NCBI GenBank assembly: GCA_030390025.1
Contig: CM059432.1
Location: 91,700,001-91,764,000 of the forward strand
Length of the DNA stretch: 64,000 bases
Source: Squalus acanthias
Taxonomy: Eukaryota
Direction: 5' to 3'
Below the pieces are notes generated by a model. The model made no database searches. It had not been told where the DNA came from and saw nothing but the letters and a program-made list of their open reading frames with translations. Of this stretch, positions 12,101 through 24,100 are shown piece by piece. Position numbers and translations under genes: made by a program. The number at the start of each line of letters is the position of its first letter. The first letter of the stretch is position 1.

Positions 12101-15100
12101 TATTCAGTTTCTTATTTTCTAAGGTGTAGGTGATGCTTCTATTTTTCCTACCAAAATGCATCACATCACATTTATCTATGTTAAAATTCATTTGTCACTT
12201 AACTGCCTGTTCTGCAAGTTTTCTAATGTCTTCTTGTATTATGTTACATTCTTCCTCAGTGTTAGCTATACCCTCAGTTTGGTATCATCTGCAAATTTTG
12301 ATATTGAGGTACTTGTTCCCAAGTCCAAACCATTAATGTAAATTATGAATAACAGTGGTCCCAGTACTGATCCTTGTGGAACACCATTTTCTACCTTCAT
12401 CTAATTTGAAGAATTACCCTTTACCCCTACTCTCTGCTTTCTATTTTTTAGCCAATTTGCTGTCCATTGATCTATTTAACCCCTGCGTTCACATGCCCTA
12501 ACATTTGTCATTATCCTACCATGTGGTACCTTATTGAAGGCCTTTTGAAAATCAAGTAAATGACATCTACTGCATTATCCTTGTCTACTCTTTCCGTTAC
12601 CTCTTCCAATAATTCTTAGCCTTTTGGAATCCACGTGGACTATTTATTATATTTCCTGTCTCCAGATGCTCTTCAATCATTTATTTTAGTGTAGATTCCA
12701 GTATCTTTCCTATCACTGACGTTAAACTGACTGATCTATTGTTCCATCTCCTTTTTTGTATATAGGAACATTATTAGCATATATGGGAACAACATTAGTG
12801 AGGGTGTGGTACCCCATATGTCATCTCTCAAGTCCGTGTGGCACAGATGTGAGTGTATTTGGCACACAACTGCTTTAGCCATCCATCACCAGATCTGGCT
12901 GCATTCTCTCTCCTCAACCTTCCCACTGCTTTTCACACAGATAACCACTCCATCATCCTGCAATGTCCTTCCTCCATTGTCCATCTCAGTGGGATTGTTC
13001 TCGCTTTGTTCCACTCTTACCTATCCGATCGTGGACAGAGCATCTCCAGCAATGGTTTCTCTTCCCACCCCCGCACCATTACATCTGGAGTCCTCCAAGG
13101 ATCTATCCTTGGCCACTTTCTCAATGCTGCCCCTTGGTGACACAGGCTCAGCTTCCAATTTTTTTGCTGACAACAGCCAGCTCTATCTCCCCATCATCTC
13201 TCTTCACGTCTTCACTGCCTCTGTGTTGTCAGACAGCTGGTCTGCTATCCAGTTGTGGATGAGTCACAACTTCCTCCAATTAAATACTGGAAAAACTGCC
13301 ACTTTCTCAATGCTGCCCCTTGGTGACACAGGCTCAGCTTCCAATTTTTTTGCTGACAACAGCCAGCTCTATCTCCCCATCATCTCTCTTCACGTCTTCA
13401 CTGCCTCTGTGTTGTCAGACAGCTGGTCTGCTATCCAGTTGTGGATGAGTCACAACTTCCTCCAATTAAATACTGGAAAAACTGAAGCCATCATCTTTGG
13501 CCCCCACCACAAACTCCATATCTTGCCACTTATTTAATCCCCCTTCCTGATCATTGTCTCAGGCTGACCAAGACCATTCACAATCTCAGCATCCTATTCG
13601 ACCCCAAGCTGAGCTTGCTCTGACCACACTGTTCGCATATTTGACCCTGAAATGAGCTACCGACCACATATCCGCAGCATAACAAAGACTGCCTATTTCC
13701 ACCTCCGTAACATCACCCGTCTCCGCCCTTGCCTCAGCTCATCCACTATTGAAACCCTCATCGATGCCTTGGTTATCTCTAGACTTGACTATTCCAACGC
13801 ACTCCTGGCTGGCCTCCCACATTCTACCCTATGTAAACTTGTGATTCAAAACTCGGCTGCCCATGTCCTAACTCGCACCAAGTCCCGTCTGCCCATCACC
13901 CCTGTGCTCTCTGACCTACATTGGCTCCCGGTTAAGCAGCGCCTCGATTTCAAAATTCTCACCCTGGTTTTCAAATCCCTCCATGACCTTTCCCCTCCCT
14001 ATCTCTCTAATCTCCTTCAGTCCCACAATCCCCCACCACCCCCCCACCCCGAGGTATCTGCGCTCCTCTAATTCTGCCCTCTTGAGCATCCCTGATTATA
14101 ATCACTCAACCTTTGGTGGCCGTGCCTTCTATTGCCTCGGCCGTAAGCTCTGGAATTCCCTGCCTAAACCTCTCTGCCTTGCTACTTCTCTTTCCTCCTT
14201 AAAGCCTACCTCTTTGACCAAGCTTTTGGTCACCTACCCTAATTTATCCTTATGTGGATCGGTGTCAAATTTTGTGTCTTAAAATACTCTTGTGCAGCGC
14301 CGTGGGACGTTTCACTACATTAAAGGCGCTATATAAATACAAGTTGTTGCTGCTATACACTCCTTCACAAAAACCACCAACCACCTACTTTGACCTCTGC
14401 CTCCACCCCTGCCTCAGGCAATCTGCTGTTGAAACTATCATTCATGCTTTTGTCATCTCCAGGGACGGGCAAGGCCATGGAGAGATTTGAAAACAAAGAT
14501 GAGAATTTTTAAATCAAGGTGTTGCTGGAGCAAGAGCCAGTGTAGGTTGGTGAGCACAGGGGTGATGGGTGAACGGGACTTAGTGCGAGTTAGGATACGA
14601 GCAGCAGAGCTTTGGATGAGCTCAAGTTTATGGAAGGTGGAAGATGGGAGGCCGGTCAGGAGAGCATTCAAATAGTCAAGTCTGGAGGTAAGAACACAAC
14701 ACAGCGAATGTGAGTTCAAATCCACCATGGTAGTTTCAAAATTGAATTTAGTTTTATAAGATCTAGAAAAAGAAAGCTGGTATCAGTAAAAGTGACCATG
14801 AAGCTGTCGGATTGTTGTAAAAACCCAACTTGTTCACTAATGTTCTTTAGGGAAGGAAACCTGCCGTCCTTACCTGGTCTAGCCTATGTGTGACTCCTGT
14901 CCCACATCCATGTGGTGACTCTTAACTGCCCTCTGAAGTGGCCAAGCAGGCCACTCAATTTACCACCACCTTCGCAGGGCAACTAGAGACAGGCATTGAA
15001 TTCCAGCCTTGCCAGCGACACCTACATTCTGAAATGAATTTTAAAAATACAGAGTTCTGTATATTTATAAAATAGAGCCCTACGCCCCACAATCATTGTT

Positions 15101-18100
15101 ATCGCTCTTTGATGTCTTTCCCTACATGTTGGTGTCATTTAAAGGTAGGATGCCCAAAATTATATAATCTTCTAACTGTGGCCTCACCAACGATATACAC
15201 AAGGTTAGAATAACTTGTTTTCATTCACAATCAAATGTCTTAAGAGGCATCTTAGTATTAGATTAGCCTTGTTAACTGCTTTCCATTGGCTATCAGTGAA
15301 TAATCATACCTATATCGTTTTCCAATGGTTTTATTATACCAGGGGAAAAAGTGTGGAAACATTATACAGTGACGTAATAAAGACTCACTACGCACTTGAA
15401 CATAAAGCAAGGCTTTAATCAACTTGTGAACAAAACATGGAGGTCTAGTTAGCAGTCACTAGCTTCCTGTTTCCAGATTGTCTCTGCCCAAGGTGGGCCC
15501 ATGCCTGAGTATTTATACTCCCTGGACGGCGCCCCAGCTGGCCGCCCAGTAGTACTTCGAGTTGTTACTTGCAATTTATGACATTCTTCCTCCCTAAAAG
15601 GTTTGGAAGTCCAGTCTTCCTTTAACGGACTAGGCGGACCAGAAATAGCCGTAGACGTTTAGCTCTCTGCTTGTGACCGGAAGGCACGTCTCCCCGGACC
15701 GTGTCCTGGTCCCTGGGTCGCTTGGCCCGTACCGGTAAGTCAGTAGAGTCCGTGTCATCTTGATCATCCTGTGGAGGACTGGGAATATCATGACTCCGGG
15801 TGCGGGTCCCCACAGGTGCTGAGCTGGCCTCATCCCGGGTCGTGGCTTGAGATTGTCCGGCGTCCTGGTTTCGGGTGGCCATCCTACGGGGAGCGTCCAG
15901 CTCCCCGAGTTGATCCGGTAGCGTTGCCGGCAGATCCCCCGATGTCCCAAGCGGGGCGTCATTTTCATAGGGGTGCAGTGTTGATATCATTGTCGGGGGA
16001 TCCTTCATCATTCGGGCCCGTGTGACCGGTTGGGCAGGGAGCCAGATCTCGGAGCGAGACGGTGGTCTCCCGGCCATCAGGGTACCGTACGTGCGCATAC
16101 GTGGGGTTTACCTCCGTTAACTCCACCTAGTCAACGAGAGGGTCATTTTTTGCAGACCGGACGAACCTCCGGAGTAGCACCGGGCCTGGAGCCACCAACC
16201 ATGACGGTAGAGACGTCCCATGTGTAGAGCGACGCCGGAATTTGAAGAATCGCTCATGAGGCGTGACATTAGTAGATGTGGAGAGAAAAGACCTGATAGA
16301 GTGTAACACGTCGGGGAGCACCGTTTCCCACTGCTGGTCCGGTAGGTTGCGTGACCTTAGTGCCAGACGGACAGCGTTCCAGATGATGGCATTGTATCGT
16401 TCAACCTGTCCGTTACCGATTGGGTGATATGGTGTCGTCCTACTTGAGGCGATTCCCCGTTGGGAGAGATAACTTTTAAGGTCACTCGACATAAAGGAGG
16501 GACCCCGATCAGTGTGGATAAAATTGGCCGTCCCACAAAGGGAAAAGACCTGATCGAGGCATTTAATTACCATAGAGGTAAGCATATTAGGGCAGGGGAA
16601 GGCAAAGGGAAAGCGTGAATACTCGTCCACCATCGTAAGTAGGTAGGTGTTCCTTGTCGACGAAGGCAATGGCCCTTTAAAGTCTATGCTGAGCCTCTGC
16701 ATAGGCTGCATTGCATGTATGAGTAAGCCATCTGATGGGCGAAAGAATTGTGGTTTCAATTCTGCACAAATCCTACAGGAGGAGCATGTTTTCTTTACGT
16801 CCTCGGTTGAAAATGGTAGATTTTTGGAGCGCACAAAGTGCAACATGCGGGTCACACCAGGATGGCATAAGTCCATATGCAAATCCGCCAGAGTCGACGT
16901 TGACATTGAGGAGCAAAATGCCCGTGTGAAGGTATCTGGGGCCACGTTCTGTTTGCCGGGTCGGTAACAGATAGTATATCCAAAGGCAGCCAGCTCCATC
17001 CTCCAGAGTTGAATTTTATTATTTTTGATTTTCGTGCGCCTCCGGTTATCCAACATGAAGGCCACAGAGCGCTGGTCAGTTATAAGCGTAAAATGACGCC
17101 GAGCAAGAAAATGACCCCATTGGCGTACAGCCTCGATGATGGCCGTAGCCTCCTTCTCGACGGGGGGGTAATGGAGCTCGCTATCCTGCAAGGTTCTGGA
17201 TAGGAATGCCACGGGTCGGCCACCTTGATTCAAGGTAGCGGAGATCGCCACCTCCGATGCATCGCATTCGAACACAAAAGGAAGATTTTCTTCAATGGAG
17301 CGAAGCGTGGCTTTCTCCAGCTGTCGTTTGAGGAGGTTGAAGGCAGAAATAGCCGTAGCTTCCAATGGAAAAGACTTCGCATGGAGCAGGGGCTGTATTT
17401 TATCGGAGAAGTGTGGTATCCATTTTGCGTAATAAGCAAACATGCCAAGTGCCCGACGAAGAGAGCCGAGGTTAGTCGGGGGAGGGAGCTCCTGAAGTGG
17501 ACGAAGTCGCTCTGGGTCCGGTTTAATAACACCGTTGCCCACCCAGTAGCCAAGAATGTTCACCGATGGCACCGACTTCACCGATTTGGATTCGTTTAAC
17601 GTTAAGTGGCGACGGCGGAGTACGTCAAAAAATCTCTGAAGATTGGCGTCATGCTCCTTTTGATCATGGCCGGCAATAGTGATACTGTCTAAATACGGAA
17701 AGGTATCCGTCAAGTTCTCTTGCCGGACTAGGCCATCCATGGCCCGTTGGAAGACGGCCACCCCATTGGTGACCCCGAATGGAAGGCGGCGAAACTGGAA
17801 AAGCCGACCATTGGCCTCAAAGGCCGTATACTTCTTGTCGGAGTCTTGCAGTGGCACCTGATGGTACGCGCTTTTTAAATCGAAGGTCGAGAATACCTTG
17901 TATTTGGCAAGGTTGTTGACCATGTCATCTATGCGTGGCAGCGGGTAGGCATCCAGATCGGTATATAGATTAATAGTCTGCGAATAATCAATACAGACGT
18001 TTATGTTGTTTTAAGGGATTCCTCACGATGACGACCTGAGCCCGCCAGGGAGATGAACATGGCTCGATAATACCGTCGACTAAAAGGCAAGAGATTTCTG

Positions 18101-21100
18101 CCTCAATAAACGCTCGATCATCTTGGCTAAAGCGCCGCGATTTGGTGGCTATGGGTTTACAGCGGGGGGGGGGGAAGATTGGCAAACAGGGAGGGTGCAC
18201 CGAGTAAGGCCGCCGAGAGTGCACAAAACGGCACCTTAGAAATGGTAAGCTCCGGCCTTGACCCTCCAAACTCAAAAGTGATCTTCTTGTGCTGCTTCTG
18301 GAAGTCCTGTCCCAGAAGCACATCGCTGCATAAGTTTGCGAGTACTCCGAGCCGGGTGGAGAGATATGTGCGGCCGTTGAGGGTGAGGTTGACCAGACAG
18401 AAGCCAGAAGAATTGGTGGTCAGAGTCGTCAGAGCCATTGCAATCTCCCTGTCCGAGGGATAAATGTGCAGTTTTAACCTGTTGACAGCCCGCTTACTAA
18501 TGAAGCTGTCAGAGCTGCAGGAGTCGATTAGCGCGCTTAGAGTGTGCCCATTTACTGAAACCTTCGTGGCTGCATGGGACAAACTTTGGGGGAAAACAGC
18601 CGTGATGGGAGGAGGGGCAATTTTCCCTTCGGCAACTGTAGCCTTAACAGTAGTTCTTGGGGGAGGAGCAGCTCCATAGATAGCAGCTGTGAAGCTAACA
18701 GGAGCTCTCGACCGGTATACTTTAGAGGAGCGGCCTTTCTTGTTAGCAAAGGCCTATGACTGGCATACCTTGGAAAAGTGTCCTTTCTTGCTGCAATGAT
18801 TGCAGGTCACATTACGAGCCGGGCAAAATTTTCTGTGATGGCACGCCCCTCCACAAAAGAAACACTTTCTTCCTGATTGCCAGGATGCTGCTAGGGCGGG
18901 GTCGTCATCAGCGAAGGCCTCTAGGGTAGGGTCGTCGTCCATTAGAGTAGAGTCAACATCAGTGGGGGCATCCGCCCGAGACCTACCGAAAGACTCATTA
19001 AAGGAGATAGCCGCCGCCCGTGCACGTGGTGGGAGATAAGTGTCTGCATTTTTCTTGGCCAAGTCCAAGGAACACGCCTGGTCATAAGCAGCCCGTAAAT
19101 TGAGGGTTTTATTTTCCAGCAGGCGCTGACGTATAAAAGGGGACGCGATTCCATTGATAAAGGAATCGCGGATTAGTTCCTCTTGATACTGTTCAGCTGA
19201 AACTGCTTTAAGGTTACAATCCTTGCTGAGCCTGCGAAGTTTCTGGAGAAATTCATCGAGTGATTCCCCAGGCTGCTGCCGAGTTGTGGCCAGTAGGTGT
19301 CGAGCAAAGATTTCATTTGGGGACTTGACATATAGCTGCTGTAAGATTTCGATAGCAGTGTCATAGTCTATACAGTCCTCAATATAATCATACACATGAG
19401 GAGACACGTAGTTGATAAGCATTCGTAACTTATTAGGGACATCCGCCCCACATTCTTCAAGAAAGTTGCTAAAGGTACGAAACCAATGCTTCCATACCTT
19501 TGCTGCCGCAGGTGCATTCGGGTCCAGGTCGAGACGAGCGGGTCTAAGGAGTTTTTCCATGATGGATCAGTTTCTTGCCCAAGTTCCCTTCTGTGGTTCG
19601 AGTTGCAGCTGGTTGTTCCGAATCACCCAAAGCGTGGAGACGATATCAAGTTGATTAAATTGACGTAATAAAGACTCACTACGCACTTGAACATAAAGCA
19701 AGGCTTTAATCAACTTGTAACAAAACATGGAGGTCTAGTTAGCAGTCACTAACTTCCTGTTTCCAGATTGTCTCTGCCCAAGGTGGGCCCATGCCTGAGT
19801 ATTTATACTCCCTGGACGGCGCCCCAGCTGGCCGCCCAGTAGTACTTCCTGAGTTGTTACTTGCGATTTATGACATACAGTATCTAATGGAACAAAAGCA
19901 TTTTATTCCTAATAAAGAAGTTATGGTAACCTATGATTTTAACTGAATCTACTTACTCAGATTGCCCCCATGGAATAGGATGAACATTACAGTTTGCCAG
20001 GTAGTGTGGACTGTACCTAGCTTCCAGGTATATAACTCCTTCATTCGCTTTATCCTCCACAAGTTCATAAGCTATTTGCTCAATAGCTTCTCTGTCACCT
20101 CTGGGGAGTTGGAAAATGAAATGTCATTTACGCAGATTAATATTTTGAACATTTGTGAAGTCTTAAATCGTTATAAAAGTTGCAATTTAGCGGAAGTGGC
20201 ACAATAGCTCCACTAGTACAACACTGAGCTCATTATTATTGTTAAGTTATAAGTAACATTTACATACTAATTTCACTAACTGTTAAAATCTCTGGTTATC
20301 TGAAATAAGAGACTATTTGAAGAGACTACATAAAGCATGGAAGAAATATTTGAACAACAAGCTACCAAGTTTCTATTACAGATGAAAAACAATTAAATTA
20401 CCAAATTTAGTAAGTGTAATTTAGTTATTGGTGAATAATGAATAATGAATAATGAATACAAAAGGAGTTCTAATTTTACAAATAAAATAGATATTGTCAT
20501 TCACTTTTTAAACTTGTTGTTTCTGTGATCAGTATTAAATATTGTAAAAAGATGTTAAGACAACAGCTCTTAACATCCGTGTCAGCAGTGAATGACAGAC
20601 CACACCTTCAGGATTTCCACGTTTAGATGCGCATGCGCTAAATCCTGAAGTTGCAGTCAGTTACAAAGGGGTAATAATGGCGAACGCCGTTAGTTCATTA
20701 TTAACAACGCAAATTCCGATCCAATATTTCAGGTCTATGACCTTTCATTAGAACCTGCAACGTTAACTGTTTTTCTCTCCACAGATGCTGCCTGAACTGC
20801 TGAGTAGTTCCAGCATTTTCTGTTTTTATTGCAAATTTCCAGCATCCATAGTATTTTGCTTTTGCTATATTAATATCTACCTTGCAACTGTTACACATTT
20901 TGTAGCATGCATCATTCACAATAATCCCTTAATTTGCAAATGCTAATAATGATGCTCAGTATATGTGCTTAGGGTGTTTGTGTACACAAACTACTGTGGT
21001 TACACAAGTATTGAATGAGTTTATTCAAACTAAACATTACAGGGATGAATTTCCTCAGCGATTTTCCCGCTTGGCCACTGTAACTTCGGCGGAAGTACCG

Positions 21101-24100
21101 AGGAAACCTTGGAAAAACATCGTATACGTAATTTTTCTGGGATTTCCACAACCTTGCTGCTGTAGTTGCAATGGCCAAGCAGGAAAACCCCTGAGAAAAT
21201 TCCCAGTGTACAAAGTTTTAGGGAGATAACGCATGGTACTGGAGAGATATTCTAAAAAATATATACTGCATCAACTTTATAAGTATCAGATCTAAAATAC
21301 ACAGGGGGAGAAGTGCAGGAGTGCCCCATTTGAGGCGCCAAATTTTGAAAGCTGGAAAAATTAGCGCCAGGCACTAATGATTCCCAGCTTTCTGTAAATT
21401 CGGTGATAGCGCGCCAGGAAGGAAGTGGAACGCTAAATCAAACGCTCCAGTTTCTTCCTGGAGCGCTAAAGGATGCAGGTGGGGCGGTAGTGGTGCAGCG
21501 CTGCTGAGATCCGAGGCTCCTTCCCTCCCTTAAAGGGAATGGCCATCGCTGCAGGCTCTGCATTGGGACCAGTTAGCTGGTCCCCGATCAGCCCCATGTA
21601 CTCCAGCAGAGTGCCGGGCTGATCGATCGCGACCGAAGAAAAATGGAAAAAATTCAAATACTGCATTGCAACAATTTTACTACTTACTGCACCAACATCC
21701 CCTTTAACTTGTGCCCCCGAAGTGTCCGGCCTCCTGAACAACACCTCCTGCAGCTGTCGGTGTTGTCGCCCGGCAATGTTGCAGGGGGCGAAACCGAAGT
21801 TCGGGTCCGGGGCGATGCGCAGGACAATTACGTCATGATCTCTGGGCGCAGGAGATCATGGCGCAATGTGTTATCGCTACCGCAAACCTCTCAGCCAATT
21901 TAGCGGGAGTCGCTCATTTCACCGCACCCGGTCGGTAAGTCGTTAGCGCCCTGTTATCGCCCCCCCCGGAGGGGATAACGGGAGGTGCTAAGGAGGCCAA
22001 TATCTAGTCCATAGTAACTATCTGCAAAGGTTTTTTTGACGTGTAGCTCTATTAGACATCGGGCCAACATGTGCGATCGGTGGCTTCCCACGGGCGGCGC
22101 CTCCGATGTGCAAAATTTCTACGAAAGTACCTGGTGGTCCGGGAAGAATGGTGGCTTGCGCTCCTGGGCCTCTCCAGGTCCGCGCGGGCAGAGCCCCATG
22201 TATCCCGGGGCGCTTGCAGTCCGTAGGCGCTCCTGGGATCACGTGGGCCGGCCCAACCAATAAAAGAAGGGAATCCCCATTCATACTTATGGGAGTTCCA
22301 TACGTACAGAACTGTCAAAAGTATGAATGGGGATCACTTAATAAATACATCAACACATGAAATTAAAAAATAAATTACATATTTAAAAATTACAATGCCA
22401 TTTAATTAAATATTTTAAACAAATTTAATTTTTGGAAAAAAAAATTAAATGTTTTTATGGGGCTAAAAATAAACTTACCTTTTCGAAGAATATTTTTAAT
22501 TTATAAATGAGTGATAAAATTTTATTTTTCTATTTTTTAAAACTCTTCTGCTGGTAAAAGCAGGCCTTACGCCTGCTTTTACCAGGCGTAAGAAATTGAC
22601 AGGCATTCAGCGGGCGGAAGTTGTGCAAATAGCGCAACTCTACACCCGCAGAGGCCCTTTTCTTGGGCATGTGGAGTATCCGTCAAGATTCTTGACAGAT
22701 CGCAAGTGCCGGGTTTCAGCACATGCACTTCGCATGCCTAAATGCTGCACTTGCGTGACCCCTACGGGCGTGCTCACACCTCATACACACCCGTAGGGGT
22801 CGCAAAATACGGCCCATCATGGCTTCAGGAAGGGAGGAAGGAATGAAAAAAAAATTACACCGTATCTTATCAAGTCCAGGATGCCCCAAAGTGTTTCACT
22901 TCTGAAGTGTTACATACGCAAATGCTGTGGCCAAATTATGCACAAGATCCCACAAGCAGTAAATATGATAGACAATCAGTTAATCTCTTTTTGGTGGTGT
23001 TAATTGAGAGAAAAATGCTGACCAGCACATCAGAAGAACTCCCTCCACTTATTGAAAAGTGCCACATTAAAACAACATATCCAGGCAACAGCATTACATC
23101 AACCTGGCTCAGTTGGTAGTTGCCTAAATCAAAAAGTTATGGATTCAAACCCCACTCCAGGACTTGAGCACATTCTTGGAGTGCTGCACTGTTGGCAGTT
23201 CTTCTGTTGGCTGAGACATTAAAGACAGGCCCATTTGCCAGGATGGGTGGATGTCAAAGATTCCCTGGCATTATTCAAAGGGCAGGATGTACTTCCACTG
23301 TCCTGGTCAACATTCCTCCCTTATTACCACCACCAAAATCAAATGAATTGGTCAATTATCACATTTACTATTTGAAGGACTTTGCTGCATGCAAATTGCT
23401 TACTGTGTTTGCCTATGTTTTTGATAGTGGACTGATAAGCACTCCAGTGCAATGGGGCCAATTATAAATCAAGAAACTGTTTTATTTTACATGCAATATA
23501 TAAGTGAAGAGAGCACAACTTTTAGTGGAGTTCAATCTATTCCATACAGCTCCTCGTAACATGGAAACTAATAGGTCACCTTACTCCTGTTAATGAACTA
23601 AACTCATTTTACAGGCCAGCAATCCTCGAAACTTGCCAGGACTAACTTATCCTTATTACAGGCCTAAACTCTCTTCGCCTTCTTCTCCCCATCCGACCAC
23701 CCCCGCTACAAGTTTTCCAACCCGGAGAGAAAAAAAAATTCTCTGCCCCCTCTGTGTTGAGGATTGGCTCATCACACTGCCAATCTAAACTAGCACCCCC
23801 TATGGTGTGGGGGGCCACATTACAGGTGTGAATATCTCTAGGAGGCAAATCCCCATTACCTCAAACTAATCTAGCATACGAGAAACAGAATTTTGTATGG
23901 TACACCAGTGAATAGACTAAATCAACATCCCAGGAAGCTTGTGCATTTCTGGAAGTTAAACCCTTGTGTACTGAATTTAACTTCATAGCAACATCATGAT
24001 ATGAATTAACCCCAAAATGAATCTTGGGCAAATAGGCAAAAATCTAAAAATGGGACAATTATATATTCCTAAGGAACAAAGAATGATCATTTTTGGTTTC

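Larger units (their letters stand above)
15370..19875 (-). mobile_element. Full-length defective Ty3/Gypsy LTR retrotransposon
   Basis: TG..CA LTRs of 214 and 215 bp with 4 differences. 5-bp TSD TACAG (15365-15369, 19876-19880). PPT AGGGAGGAAGAA (15584-15595, minus). Order gag-PR-RT-RH-IN. Confidence 0.95.
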
